Source of the DNA: Candidatus Spongiisociaceae bacterium
GTDB taxonomy: Bacteria; Actinomycetota; Acidimicrobiia; Spongiisociales; Spongiisociaceae
Assembly (NCBI GenBank): GCA_965262915.1
Contig: OZ253564.1
Coordinates: 640,001-704,000 of the forward strand
Length of the DNA stretch: 64,000 bases
Reading direction: 5' to 3'
Under the pieces are notes generated by a model, which saw nothing but the letters and a program-made list of their open reading frames with translations, was not told the DNA's origin and did no database searches. This document shows, piece by piece, positions 9,975-20,549 of this stretch. The stretch's first letter is position 1, and the number at the start of each line of letters is the position of its first letter. Both the position numbers and the translations under genes were made by a program.

Positions 9975-12900
9975 TGTCCGGCTGGGGGTAGGGTATACGT
10001 GCCGTCGGACGCTTCCACGATCACCACATAGATGTTGTTCCCGCCAGAGCCGGTCGGCGCTTCGTAGTCCGGTGGGCTGCTGAAGGTGAGCACACCCCCG
10101 CGGCTGATCGCGAAATCGTCCTGGTCGGCCCCCTCCAGGGTCCAGACAATGGTGGCACCCTCGGGGTCGTCCGCGGTGTAGGAAGCAACCGCGCCCCTGC
10201 TGTTCTCGTCGTAGTCAACCGCAGTCGGACCGCTCAGATCCGGTGGCTCATCGATGTTGGTGACATCGACCCGTACCCCGATGCGGTCGAACTCACCCGA
10301 CGAATCGGTAACAACCAGCATCATCGAATACGACCGCTTCCCCTCGTCGTAGTCAAGCGGCGCCTCGGTGCGTAGCTGCCCCGACAACTCGTCAATGTCG
10401 AACGCGGCCGCGTTGACACCCTCCAGCTTGTAGGTGAGCGTGTCCTCGGCGTTGTCGTCGGTGGCTTCCACCGGATCGCCAAACTCACGACCGGCAGGGG
10501 TGTTCTCCTCCACCTCCCGCCGGCCGGTCTCCGACGAGGGGAAGGACGGGGCGGTGTTGGGCGCCGACGGCGCCTCCTGCACCGCATTGGTCGACACCGC
10601 CTCAGCTGCCTTACCCGAACCCTCCCCATCGGTGTAAGAGGCCGTAACCCGAAGATAATGGTTGAGATCAGCATCCACAGGCGTGTAAGCATCCTCGGTG
10701 GCGCCCCCGATAGTCGCCCAGCCGCCACTGCCCTGCCTCCGCTCCCACACCCAGGTGACAGCTATAACCGACCCGTCAGGATCGGACAGATCCGCCCCCA
10801 ACCCGGTGCCCACCTGCGGCTGAGCCGACGACAAACGCACCACACCCGGCTCGTCCTCATTGATCACCGTAACCGTCACCGGCCGCATGGAAGTGTTCAC
10901 CCCGTCCCCAGCCTCCACCACCACGCTGTAAACGTTGTCACCACGGCCCGAATCATCAGGCGACTCGTAATCCGGTGACCTGCGGAAGCGCAGCACACCC
11001 GAATCGGACAACTCCAAATCCCCCGCATCGGTACCCGCCAGAGACAACGTCACCGGACTCCCCTCAGGATCCGAAGCCGAATACACACCCACCGGACCGG
11101 CGCCGTTCTCCACATAATCAACATCGTCGCGGCCGGACACGATCGGCGCCTCGTTGACATCGGTGACCGTCACCACCACATCCAGGCTGCCGTCCAAAGC
11201 CCGCACAGTCACCAAATACACATTGTCCTCACCCGAATCGGCAGGCAACTCGTGGTTCGGTATCTCACGGAAGCTCAACACACCGCTAGCAGAGATCTCG
11301 AAGTCGCCTGCGTCTGTTCCGGTCAGCGACCAGGTGATGTCGCCCCCTTCGGGATCGGTAGCCGTGTACCGGGCAACCTGATCGGTGCGGTTCTCCGCAT
11401 AGTCGGGGCTGGCATCACCAGTGATCACAGCCGCCTCGTTGATGTTGGTGACCGTTACTGTCACGTCCAAGGTGCCGTAACTGGTCACGTCCCGGGCCCG
11501 CACCGTCACCTCATACACGTTGTCCCGATTCGAATCGGCAGGCGACTCGTAGTTCGGTGACAGGCGGAAGCTCAACACACCACCAGCAACAGCGAAATCG
11601 CCCGCATCCGTACCCGCTAGCGACCACGTCACCGTCTCACCCTCAGGATCCGACGCCGTGTACCTGGCAACCCGGTCGGTGCGGTTCTCCGCGTAATCAG
11701 GGCTGGGGTCACCGCTGACCACAGCCGCCTCGTTGATGTTGGTGACCGTCACCGTCACAGCAAGGGTGCCGTAACTGGTCCCGTCCCGGGCCCGCACCGT
11801 CACCTCATACACGTTGTCCCGATTCGAATCGGCAGGCAACTCGTGGTTCGGTATCTCACGGAAGCTCAACACACCGCTAGCAGAGATCTCGAAGTCGCCT
11901 GCGTCTGTTCCGGTCAGCGACCAGGTGATGTCGCCCCCTTCAGGATCGGTAGCCGTGTACCTAGCAACCCGGTCGGTGCGGTTCTCCGCGTAATCAGGGC
12001 TGGCATCACCACTAATCACAGCCGCCTCGTTGATGTTGGTGACCGTTACTGTCACAGCAAGGGTGCCGTAACTGGTCACGTCCCGGGCCCGCACCGTCAC
12101 CTCATACACGTTGTCCCGATTCGAATCGGCAGGCGACTCGTAGTTCGGTGACAGGCGGAAGCTCAACACACCACCAGCAACAGCGAAATCGCCCGCATCC
12201 GTACCCGCTAGCGACCACGTCACCGTCTCACCCTCAGGATCCGACGCCGTGTACCTGGCAACCCGGCCGGTGCGGTTCTCCGCGTAATCAGGGCTGGGGT
12301 CACCGCTGACCACAGCCGCCTCGTTGATGTTGGTGACCGTCACCGTCACAGCAAGGGTGCCGTAACTGGTCCCGTCCCGGGCCCGCACCGTCACCTCATA
12401 CACGTTGTCCCGATTCGAATCGGCAGGCAACTCGTGGTTCGGTATCTCACGGAAGCTCAACACACCACTAGCAGAGATCTCGAAGTCGCCTGCGTCTGTT
12501 CCGGTCAGCGACCAGGTGATGTCGCCCCCTTCAGGATCGGTAGCCGTGTACCTAGCAACCCGGCCGGTGCGGTTCTCCGCGTAATCAGGGCTGGCACTAC
12601 CGCTGATCACAGCCGGCTCATCCACGTCGGTGACCGTTACGGTCACGTCGATCATGCCGTCAGCAGTGACGTCGGGGTTGCCGTCGAGGTCTTTGCTGTC
12701 GTGGACTGAGACTGTGACGGAGTAGTTGGGTTTGGTCTCGTGATCCAAAGCAGTCTTGGTCTGTAACTGACCCGTCGAGGTCACGATGTCGAACGATGAG
12801 GCGTCCGTTCCGCCGAGGGTGTAGGTGAGCGTGTCGTTCTCTGGGTCGTCCGCCGCTACCGGAGCACCAACGGGCCGACCTGCGGGGGTGTTCTCGGGCA

Positions 12901-15313
12901 CGGTTCGGCCTGTCTCAGAGGTGGGGAATTCGGGTGAGGTGTTCGGTGCTGTGGCGCGTGTCACCTCCACGGTGATGGTCTGCTTGGGGGTGGCGTCCGA
13001 TGAAGTGACTTCGATGGTGATCACATTTGGACCCACGTCGAGTGGTACCGATTCTCCGCTTGTATAGGTGTCCTCGTCTTTCGTGATGGACACGCTGTCA
13101 TCGGTGTTGTGGGTCGTCGCAGTTACTGTGGTTTCCATATTGTTGCCCACCGAGGCGGTATAGGTTGTTGTGCCGGTGGCGAACTTCGGTGTGAGGGTCC
13201 CGTTGCTGAGCGTCAGCGTCCTGAGCATGCAGAACGGTAGGTCCAGGCCGGGGACATCGCCGTCGTCGTTGGTATCGCCGTCGTTGTTGGCGTCCACCTC
13301 GATGAAGTCATGGGCTGGGGTGCTGTCGTAATCGTTTGAAACGCCCAGCAGATGGCGCAACCCGAGGGGAACGCATCCGGTCAACGAATTGAGCGCGAAT
13401 CGCACGTTCTGCAGGTAGGTGAGGTCACCCAGCTCCGCCGGGATCGACCCAGTCAACCGGTTGTCCTTCAAGCCCAACTGCTCCAGGTAGGTGAGGCCAC
13501 CCAGCTCCGCCGGGATCGACCCGCTCAACTGGTTGCCCGACAAGTCCAACTGCTCCAGGTAGGTGATGCCACCCAGCTCCGCCGGGATCGACCCAGTCAA
13601 CTGGTTATCGTGGAGTTGCAGGCGCCCCAGGTTGGTGAGGTCACCCAGCTCGGTCGGGATCGACCCAGTCAACTGGTTGCCCGACAAGGACAGATCTGCC
13701 AGGTTGGTGAGGCCACCCAGCTGCTCCGGGATCGGCCCACTCAACTGGTTGTCATTCAAGGACAGATAGGTCAGGTCGGTGAGGCCACCCAGCTCCGCCG
13801 GGATCGGCCCAGTCAACTGGTTATCGTGGAGTTGCAGGCGCCCCAGGTAGGTGATGCCACCCAGCTCGGTCGGGATCGACCCAGTCAACTGGTTGTCATT
13901 CAAGTACAGATAGAACAGGTTGATGAGTTTACCCAGCTCGGTCGGGATCGACCTGCTCAACAGGTTGCCCGACAAGTCCAACTGCCCCAGGTTGATGAGT
14001 TTACCCAGCTCGGTCGGGATCGGCCCGCTCAACTGGTTGCCCGACAAGGACAGATCTGTCAGGTTGGTGAGGTCACCCAGCTTGGTCGGGATCGGCCCGC
14101 TCAACTGGTTGCGGGCCATGTTAAGGGTTTCGAGGTTGGTGAGATTACCCAGCTCGGTCGGGATCGACCCGCTCAACTGGTTGTCATTCAAGGACAGATG
14201 GGTCAGGTTGGTGAGGCCATCCAGCTCCGCCGGGATCGGCCCGTTCAACTGGTTTTCCGTCAAGATCAGGGTTTCGAGGTTGGTGAGATTACCCAGCTCC
14301 GCCGGGATCGACCCGCTCAACTGGTTGTGATCCAGACCCAGATTGGTCAGGTTGGTGAGGCCATCCAGCTCCGCCGGGATCGGCCCGCTCAACTGGTTTT
14401 CCGCCAAGCCCAACAGCCTCAGGTTGGTGAGGTCACCCAGCTCCGCCGGGATCGGCCCGCTCAACTGGTTGCGGGCCATGTTAAGGGTTTCGAGGTTGGT
14501 GAGATTACCCAGCTCCGCCGGGATCGACCCGCTCAACTGGTTGGCCTGCAGACCCAGATAGGTCAGGTTGGTGAGGTCACCCAGCTTCGCCGGGATCGGC
14601 CCGCTCAACAGGTTGCCCGACAAGTCCAGATAGGTCAGGTTGGTGAGGTCACCGAGCTCCGCCGGGATCGACCCGCTCAACTGGTTATACTTCAGCCCCA
14701 AATACCTGACAAGGCCGTCGGCGTCGGTCCTCACGCCAAACCACGTGCTGAGTTCTGCAGTGGTATTCCAGTTGGTGCTGTTCAACCAACTCGTACCGTT
14801 TGTGCTGTTGTACAGGGCCACCAGCGCGGCCCGGTCCGTTTCTACCGTCCTGGTAGCGCCCTGCGCGAACCTCGTACCGTCCACGTCCAGTTCCGTACCG
14901 TCGAACGTATTGCTTGTTTGGGTACCGGAAGCAAAACTATGGAAGAGCTCTTCGTAATTCTTATCCTTGGCTGAGACGGAAGCGAGATCCCCCGACTTGT
15001 TCAGCGTGAAGGCGTCGGAGTCCGCGCCGCCCGCTTTGGTCCAGGTCAAGTCGATGGTGAGACCCGTCCAGCTATCTATAGAAGTTGAGTCGGACCAATT
15101 CAAAGTAGCAGTTCCCGCAAGGGTGTCCCGCGCTGCTAACAGCGTTTCACAATCGGCTGCCAGCCCGGGATTGTTTGTAGGGTCCCGGACCGCAACCCCA
15201 TTCGAACAGTCAGGTGTCTGAGCAAAACCCGGTGACAGTCCCAAAAACAAGCCAGCAAACACCGCGAGTGCCAGTACACGGATAGCAGGGCGCGTCACAC
15301 GACGGTACGACAC
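9971..15313 (-). CDS. Giant secreted leucine-rich-repeat / cadherin-repeat protein, N-terminal part
   Basis: Signal peptide RPAIRVLALAVFAGLFLGLSPGFAQ near 15298; about 18 24-aa LRRs (LxxLxLxxNQLSGPIPAELGxL); about 9 cadherin domains (YAENRT..DPEG..YEVTVRARD). True start 15298-15338, not 15577. Confidence 0.9.
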   Translation of the reverse strand: MSYRRVTRPAIRVLALAVFAGLFLGLSPGFAQTPDCSNGVAVRDPTNNPGLAADCETLLAARDTLAGTATLNWSDSTSIDSWTGLTIDLTWTKAGGADSDAFTLNKSGDLASVSAKDKNYEELFHSFASGTQTSNTFDGTELDVDGTRFAQGATRTVETDRAALVALYNSTNGTSWLNSTNWNTTAELSTWFGVRTDADGLVRYLGLKYNQLSGSIPAELGDLTNLTYLDLSGNLLSGPIPAKLGDLTNLTYLGLQANQLSGSIPAELGNLTNLETLNMARNQLSGPIPAELGDLTNLRLLGLAENQLSGPIPAELDGLTNLTNLGLDHNQLSGSIPAELGNLTNLETLILTENQLNGPIPAELDGLTNLTHLSLNDNQLSGSIPTELGNLTNLETLNMARNQLSGPIPTKLGDLTNLTDLSLSGNQLSGPIPTELGKLINLGQLDLSGNLLSRSIPTELGKLINLFYLYLNDNQLTGSIPTELGGITYLGRLQLHDNQLTGPIPAELGGLTDLTYLSLNDNQLSGPIPEQLGGLTNLADLSLSGNQLTGSIPTELGDLTNLGRLQLHDNQLTGSIPAELGGITYLEQLDLSGNQLSGSIPAELGGLTYLEQLGLKDNRLTGSIPAELGDLTYLQNVRFALNSLTGCVPLGLRHLLGVSNDYDSTPAHDFIEVDANNDGDTNDDGDVPGLDLPFCMLRTLTLSNGTLTPKFATGTTTYTASVGNNMETTVTATTHNTDDSVSITKDEDTYTSGESVPLDVGPNVITIEVTSSDATPKQTITVEVTRATAPNTSPEFPTSETGRTVPENTPAGRPVGAPVAADDPENDTLTYTLGGTDASSFDIVTSTGQLQTKTALDHETKPNYSVTVSVHDSKDLDGNPDVTADGMIDVTVTVTDVDEPAVISGSASPDYAENRTGRVARYTATDPEGGDITWSLTGTDAGDFEISASGVLSFREIPNHELPADSNRDNVYEVTVRARDGTSYGTLAVTVTVTNINEAAVVSGDPSPDYAENRTGRVARYTASDPEGETVTWSLAGTDAGDFAVAGGVLSFRLSPNYESPADSNRDNVYEVTVRARDVTSYGTLAVTVTVTNINEAAVISGDASPDYAENRTDRVARYTATDPEGGDITWSLTGTDAGDFEISASGVLSFREIPNHELPADSNRDNVYEVTVRARDGTSYGTLAVTVTVTNINEAAVVSGDPSPDYAENRTDRVARYTASDPEGETVTWSLAGTDAGDFAVAGGVLSFRLSPNYESPADSNRDNVYEVTVRARDVTSYGTLDVTVTVTNINEAAVITGDASPDYAENRTDQVARYTATDPEGGDITWSLTGTDAGDFEISASGVLSFREIPNHELPADSGEDNVYLVTVRALDGSLDVVVTVTDVNEAPIVSGRDDVDYVENGAGPVGVYSASDPEGSPVTLSLAGTDAGDLELSDSGVLRFRRSPDYESPDDSGRGDNVYSVVVEAGDGVNTSMRPVTVTVINEDEPGVVRLSSAQPQVGTGLGADLSDPDGSVIAVTWVWERRQGSGGWATIGGATEDAYTPVDADLNHYLRVTASYTDGEGSGKAAEAVSTNAVQEAPSAPNTAPSFPSSETGRREVEENTPAGREFGDPVEATDDNAEDTLTYKLEGVNAAAFDIDELSGQLRTEAPLDYDEGKRSYSMMLVVTDSSGEFDRIGVRVDVTNIDEPPDLSGPTAVDYDENSRGAVASYTADDPEGATIVWTLEGADQDDFAISRGGVLTFSSPPDYEAPTGSGGNNIYVVIVEASDGTYTLPPAGQ
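11150..12640 (-). repeat. Near-identical intragenic cadherin repeats, A-B-A-B-A with 591-bp period
   Basis: Identical shadow ORFs start at 11252, 11843 and 12434. Confidence 0.9.
13380..14705 (-). repeat. 72-bp tandem LRR-coding repeats (about 18 units)
   Basis: CCCAGCTC(C/G)G(C/T)CGGGATCG(A/G)CCC(G/A)(C/G)TCAACTGGTT recurs every 72 bp. Confidence 0.95.
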
Positions 15314-15316
15314 TGC

Positions 15317-15332
15317 GGGGGGGGGGGGGGGG
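15317..15332 (-). repeat. G16/C16 homopolymer at the 5' end of the surface-protein gene
   Basis: 16 consecutive G; the ATG at 15338 is one base out of frame with the gene. Confidence 0.85.
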
Positions 15333-15768
15333 AGACATGAACGGTCACGAGGTTCTCCGTGGCTGTAGTACGGCACCGTTGGTGTAGGGAGGTTGTGCCC
15401 GTCGGGCAGGTGTGGCTGTTTGAGGGGTATCGAAGAGGTGGGAGGGGGTGGCGGGGATGGTCTCTGGTCGTCGCTGGTATTTGGTGCTGATGGTTTCCGG
15501 TGTGAGCCGACACCGCGATAGCGAACCGTAGCCCGGGGTGTTATCGACTGTCGGGGTTGTCGGGTCGGGGTAGTCAACAGCAGCCGGATCTGAGAGTTCG
15601 GGTTGCTCGTGCACGTTGGTAACCGTCGGGATCATCCCGACGCTGTCGCGTTGGTGTCTGCGTTTGGAGGCACTCGACTCGCCACGATGAGGGTGGCAGC
15701 AGAACCGGCTCCGGTCTTTTCGAATCGACTTGCACGACTGTTGCCTCCCCGGTCAGGTCCATGTTTGC

Positions 15769-17201
15769 GGCTCATCGGATTTCAGTGGGGAGTGACCGAT
15801 GGGAGTAGGTCCCAGTTGGGTTTCCCCGCGTAGAGAAGGGCGCGGATTCGGTAGTTCGCGAAGTTGCGGAACCCGAACGCTGCTCGTTTGATCCGTTTGA
15901 TGAGGTTGTTGAGGGCTTCGGTGGGTCCGTTGGTTACCTTCGAGATGTGCCAGTTGGTGATCTGGGGGGTCCAGCGGGCGATGGTACGACCCAGCTTGTT
16001 GATCTCGGGTGGGCAGGATTCGTGTTGGAGGTCGTCTGCGAGCTGGAGGGTGTATCGGAGAGCAAGGACCGGACTCTCGATCCCGTAGATGCCTCGTACC
16101 GTCTCTTTCGCGTGCCAGGCTGTGCGCACTTCCCCGTAGGGGTCACCAGCATCGAGGAGACCACGCAGCCGTATTTGACCCCGGTCGCTGATCCTCTCAT
16201 GCGCAGCGGTTAGGAGCCGCCGTATCCGATACAGCGGGTCATCCTTGCGGCCTCGATGCCCGAGGGTTTCGTTTTGGACTCTTCGTCGTACCTCGTCGAG
16301 ACGCTGGTTGGCGAGGCGGATGACGTGGAACGGGTCCGCTACCTGCAGCGCGTGCGGCAGCACCCTGTCATACGCCTTCCGATACGAACCGGACATGTCC
16401 AACACCGCCCAGCGGATAGCCTCACACCATTCGGTGGGTTGTGACCGGAACCAGGCTGCGGCGCTTTCTGCTGTTCTACCAGGGACTATGTCGATCAGCT
16501 GGTGGCCGCCAACGTCGACGACAGAGGTGCACCAGACTTTGGTACGCCAACGGCCCCGACGCCAGAACAACGTCTCGTCCACTCCCACAGCTTCGACGGT
16601 CCCGACCCGATCGGTGTCTGCTTCCAGCAGCGCTTCGCCCCAGCGGCCAACCTCTTTGTTCACCGTATGCCAATCACAACCAAGTTCTGCGGCGACCTCG
16701 TCGACCGAACGGCCCCGCCCACCCACCTGGATGGTCACCCACCGGGCCGCTCGGGATGTCAACAACGCCCGTTGGGGACCAATCTTGGGGTCTTGTTCGA
16801 TGAACGATCTGAGCGCACAGTCGGGGTTCGGACATGTCCAGCGCCGTTTCCGCCACCGCAGCCGCACAGGCCGGCCGAACGCCGGTAAATCCACCAACAC
16901 AACCGTCCGATAGCCCTTCGACCACACCGACCCGCCACAGGACTCACACAACGGCCGGGGCTTGCGGGACCGGATCACCACCTCCAACGGTGCCTCCTCG
17001 CCCGGGTCGTTGATCCCTACCAGATCAACCTCACCTAGGCCTACCAACTTCTCGCACATGCGCGTAGGATCAGCTTCCACAGGGGTCCTCCTGCCTCGGA
17101 TGTCATTACCAACACCCGATTATGGAGGACCCCTCCTCACTTCTGGTGGATTCCAACTCCCCCTGGCAGATCCCCTACTCCCCACTCATTTCCGAAGAGC
17201 C
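15769..17201 (-). mobile_element. Complete ISL3-family element
   Basis: IRs GGCTCATCGGATTTCAGTGGGG / CCCCACTCATTTCCGAAGAGCC; 8-bp TSD ATGTTTGC (15761-15768, 17202-17209). Confidence 0.95.
15782..17080 (-). CDS. ISL3 transposase (intact)
   Basis: Zn finger CxxC..C, GVDET, LDMS, DPFHV, TNGPTEALNNLIKRIKRAAFGFRN. Confidence 0.95.
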   Translation of the reverse strand: MEADPTRMCEKLVGLGEVDLVGINDPGEEAPLEVVIRSRKPRPLCESCGGSVWSKGYRTVVLVDLPAFGRPVRLRWRKRRWTCPNPDCALRSFIEQDPKIGPQRALLTSRAARWVTIQVGGRGRSVDEVAAELGCDWHTVNKEVGRWGEALLEADTDRVGTVEAVGVDETLFWRRGRWRTKVWCTSVVDVGGHQLIDIVPGRTAESAAAWFRSQPTEWCEAIRWAVLDMSGSYRKAYDRVLPHALQVADPFHVIRLANQRLDEVRRRVQNETLGHRGRKDDPLYRIRRLLTAAHERISDRGQIRLRGLLDAGDPYGEVRTAWHAKETVRGIYGIESPVLALRYTLQLADDLQHESCPPEINKLGRTIARWTPQITNWHISKVTNGPTEALNNLIKRIKRAAFGFRNFANYRIRALLYAGKPNWDLLPSVTPH

Positions 17202-17701
17202 ATGTTTGCGAGGCCGGTGACATACTGATCGGCTCATGAAATCTGTGAGCAGATTACCAAAAGGGAAGGCTGGTTACTGCATCAAATAAGGCAGACAGAT
17301 TCTTGTGCTAACAACAAGCAGACCTATGTCTTAGTGAAGCTGTGCCGAGAACACTCATACTTGTAAAACGACCGGGGGGTCTATCAAATCGAACAGTGGT
17401 TGTGCACACCCGTATAGACATAATATGTCTTGTGCTACTCGCTAGTAGGCCTATCCCATATGTCGGGTGGCTAGAACGCTTCGTGGCATAATCAGATCCG
17501 CCAGATCCGTCCCCGACGTCCCTCCAGCGGAAGGGTGCTCCGCTGCACGGTCTTCCATGTCGGGAGGGCTAGCTGACACTGGCGTAGCCTCGCCAAACCT
17601 GCCCCTCCGAAGAACCAGGGCTTTAGACTTGGTGAACGGAAAGCACCCGGCCATCCTGCAAAGGGTCCGCCGCCGGTGCCCGGAACCCGACACGAGGACT
17701 C

Positions 17702-17874
17702 ATGAACATGCTGCGCGTACCGATGATCATCCTGGCCGTTCTTTATCTTGCCTTCTCGGTATTCACCGCAGGGGTGGGGGCCTTCGCCGACGGTGGCACG
17801 ATCCCCGAGCGTATCCTCATAAGCCTCATCCACCCCACAGCCGCCACCTGCTCCTCATGGCGGTCTCCTTTTCG
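17702..17874 (+). pseudogene. Small membrane protein, 5' half (interrupted by composite transposon)
   Basis: MNMLRVPMIILAVLYLAFSVFTAGVGAFADGG with upstream GAGG; hydrophobic continuation resumes after the TSD at 23459. Confidence 0.65.
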
Positions 17875-18195
17875 GGCTCTTCGGAAATGGCTGGGGAGTC
17901 GGTGATCCACAAGAGGTGACGAGGGGCTCCTTCATAATCGGATTTCAGCAAACAACCTCTCCGAGGCAGGAGGCCCCCCTGGTGGGGGGTGATCCTACGC
18001 GTATGTACGAGTTGCTGGTGGGTCTGGGCGCGGTAGAACTGGTCGGGACCGAAGACGGTGATGGGTGGCTGGGGGTGGTGATACGCAGCTGTATGCCCCG
18101 GCCGGTGGGTGAAGCGTGTGGTGGAGGTCGGTGTGGTCCAAGGGTGAGGGGACGGTGGTGAGCGTCCACCCAAGCCGGTCAACCTCAGACTGTAA

Positions 18196-19857
18196 CTACG
18201 GGGTTTCCGTATGTTGATCCGTCGGATCGCAGAAAGGCCAGCCATAGCGATCGAGCATTAGCCTGTCGAGCTCCTTGCTAAGCTTTGGGCCGGCAAGCCG
18301 TGAAGTCTCGGGCTCCAACGCTGTATACACCTCGAGCAGTGTACAACGGACCATATTCCCAGTCTCGGTTGGATCGATATTGACTGTGGCTGAGGAGATC
18401 AGGTTGGTAACCGACGCGATGGGTGAATGCCGGTCAACCTGGGTAAGTCGCGCGTTGGTGAGGAGGGTCATGGTCAGCCCGATCCCTAGGCACATGGCAA
18501 GACCGATCGTCAGGACTCTGTTAACCGTGTTGGAACGGAACAAACCGAGGATCAGGACCAGCACACCGATGATTATGAATGACCAACCCGTTTGAGTAAG
18601 TAGGGTATCACGCCAGCCGTGATCGATGCGGCTCGTCTGTATCCACCGAGACAGCGAAATCAACAACGTCGATAACGCAACGATCGTAGTACCAAAGAGC
18701 CCGAGTATGATACCGAGACGAATCCTTGTGGATGAGACAGAGGCCGCTGGATGGACCTGTTGGTCGCCGGCTGGTTGAATCACGGTATTCCCAGCCTGGG
18801 ATGTGGCCGCCACGGCCGCTAGTATCGTTACGGCTACGATAGCCGCTAGGAGTAAGACCAAGAACGAGTTAGCAATCAGGTCCCACATACCGAACTCAGG
18901 GCCATACTTCCGAACGAGGCCCGAGACAAGCGACCATCCCGCTGGCGGTGTGGCACTGAAGGCTCTTACCGGTAGCACTTCGATGATGTCCTGCGACAGG
19001 CTGATATCCGTCCCGACGTAGCACGGTTCCCGGCTACAGCGTGTAGCGATCTCAATACGGGTAGGTACGAAGACCGCCAGGAAGCCGACGCTAAGAGCAG
19101 ACCACCGACGTACAGCGGCGCTACGAAGTAGGCTCCGAACTGACATACACGACGCTGCTGCACGGGCGACTATAAAAGTCGCTGCCAATGGTACCGCGAT
19201 ATAGACGAGGTCATAGTAACTAGCAGCGATCGCGCCTAACAGTGCCATCCCAACTAGCTCGTACCATGTCAGTGAACGCGGCTGCATATCGATATCACGA
19301 GCGACTAGTAACGCGACAAGAAATATGAACCCGACTGCAGTAATAAACACGAATGAAAAGTGTACCAGAGGTCCTGAGCGGCCATTAGCTACGAGCACAA
19401 CACCTAGGACCAATGGGTAGAGTACTGTAGCGGGTGAATTGAGATGTAACCCGGATGATCGTGCTAAAACAGCGACAACGTTAGTACAGATATAGGCCAG
19501 TATGAGGACTGCTAGAATCCGGAAAACACCCATGACCACATGTGGTGATAGCCGGGTCGCCTCTGCGACTTCAAACGCGAATCCGGTCAATAGTCCTTCA
19601 ACTAGCCGTCCCAGCGGTCTGAAGTTTCCGCGGTTCAGATAGCTGTCAGTACTATCGTACGCGTAATGAATGGCATTGAGCCATTCATCGCGTTCGAAGT
19701 AAGCGGCTTTGTAGATGGTCAGGCGTTCATCCAAGTGGAAGGCGAATCCAGCAAGAGGCGCTGTGACCAAGAGTGCGGGGGCTACTTTCCAGAGCCGTAG
19801 GTCTAGTATACGCCCTAAAGTCATAGATAATGAGTATAGCGTATCAAGCTGTCGCAA
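18196..19857 (-). CDS. Polytopic membrane protein of unknown function (possibly GT-C-like glycosyltransferase)
   Basis: 553-aa ORF with about 11-13 hydrophobic segments and an early loop with DE..GNFRPLGR; visibly lower GC than flanks. Confidence 0.7.
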   Translation of the reverse strand: MRQLDTLYSLSMTLGRILDLRLWKVAPALLVTAPLAGFAFHLDERLTIYKAAYFERDEWLNAIHYAYDSTDSYLNRGNFRPLGRLVEGLLTGFAFEVAEATRLSPHVVMGVFRILAVLILAYICTNVVAVLARSSGLHLNSPATVLYPLVLGVVLVANGRSGPLVHFSFVFITAVGFIFLVALLVARDIDMQPRSLTWYELVGMALLGAIAASYYDLVYIAVPLAATFIVARAAASCMSVRSLLRSAAVRRWSALSVGFLAVFVPTRIEIATRCSREPCYVGTDISLSQDIIEVLPVRAFSATPPAGWSLVSGLVRKYGPEFGMWDLIANSFLVLLLAAIVAVTILAAVAATSQAGNTVIQPAGDQQVHPAASVSSTRIRLGIILGLFGTTIVALSTLLISLSRWIQTSRIDHGWRDTLLTQTGWSFIIIGVLVLILGLFRSNTVNRVLTIGLAMCLGIGLTMTLLTNARLTQVDRHSPIASVTNLISSATVNIDPTETGNMVRCTLLEVYTALEPETSRLAGPKLSKELDRLMLDRYGWPFCDPTDQHTETP

Positions 19858-20197
19858 TAGCGGATTGCGTTTTCGGCGGTGCTTCGTGTTGGAGTTGGGG
19901 TCGTAGTGATGGTGGGGGGTGTAAATGCTTGAGGACGATATGGCGGTCTCCGATTTGTAGGAACAATGGAAGGCTCGGCTGATCGGCCCAGCGGGTTCGG
20001 TCGGTAAACCAGCAAGACGGCCAGCTCAGAGAACTAATCCCGGTTGGAGCGCCGAGAAGCCGTCAGGGCCAACACAGCCGGCGTGCTTCTACGCTCGATT
20101 CCGTTCCGGACTCCACTAGAAGCAACCGGCAAGGCGCTCGCGTGGGATCGGGTACGCGAGATCCGCGAGGTATCGACACTGTCTGGAGGCGATTACC

Positions 20198-20541
20198 GGC
20201 TGATTGGATGTCAGTGAGGAGTGGCGGTGGGGAGTAGGTCCCAGTTGGGTTTCCCCGCGTAGAGAAGGGCCCGAGTTCGGTAGTTCGCCAAGTGACGGAA
20301 CCCGAACGCTGTTCGTTTGATTCGAGTCGTTTGATCAGGTTGTTGAGGGCTTCGGTGCGTCCGTTCGTGACTCAGGACAGATGCCAGTTGCTGATCTGGG
20401 TGGACCACCGACCGATGGTACGACCAGGTTGGTTCACCTCGGGTGGGCAGGATTGGTCCTGGAGATCTTGAGATAGGCGGGTGGTGGATTCGACCGCGAG
20501 GGCAGCGTCGGCGATGTGGTAGAGACCTCGGACGGTTTCCT
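20198..20541 (-). mobile_element. Degenerate ISL3 3' fragment
   Basis: RIKRTAFGFRHLANYRTRALLYAGKPNWDLL and a decayed IR GGCTGATTGGATGTCAGTGAGG. Confidence 0.8.
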
Positions 20542-20549
20542 GGCTCTTC

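Noticed and set aside
13380-14705. Regular repeat with variable interior resembling a CRISPR array
   Set aside because: 72-bp in-frame coding LRR units with homologous interiors; no cas genes seen.
13352-14974. 540-aa plus-strand repetitive ORF (also 125-1195, 39799-41154, 43244-44110 and many others)
   Set aside because: Antisense shadows of real minus-strand genes in high-GC DNA.
15340-15577. N-terminal extension of the 1868-aa ORF
   Set aside because: Low-complexity read-through upstream of the signal peptide; overlaps a stray cadherin fragment in another frame.
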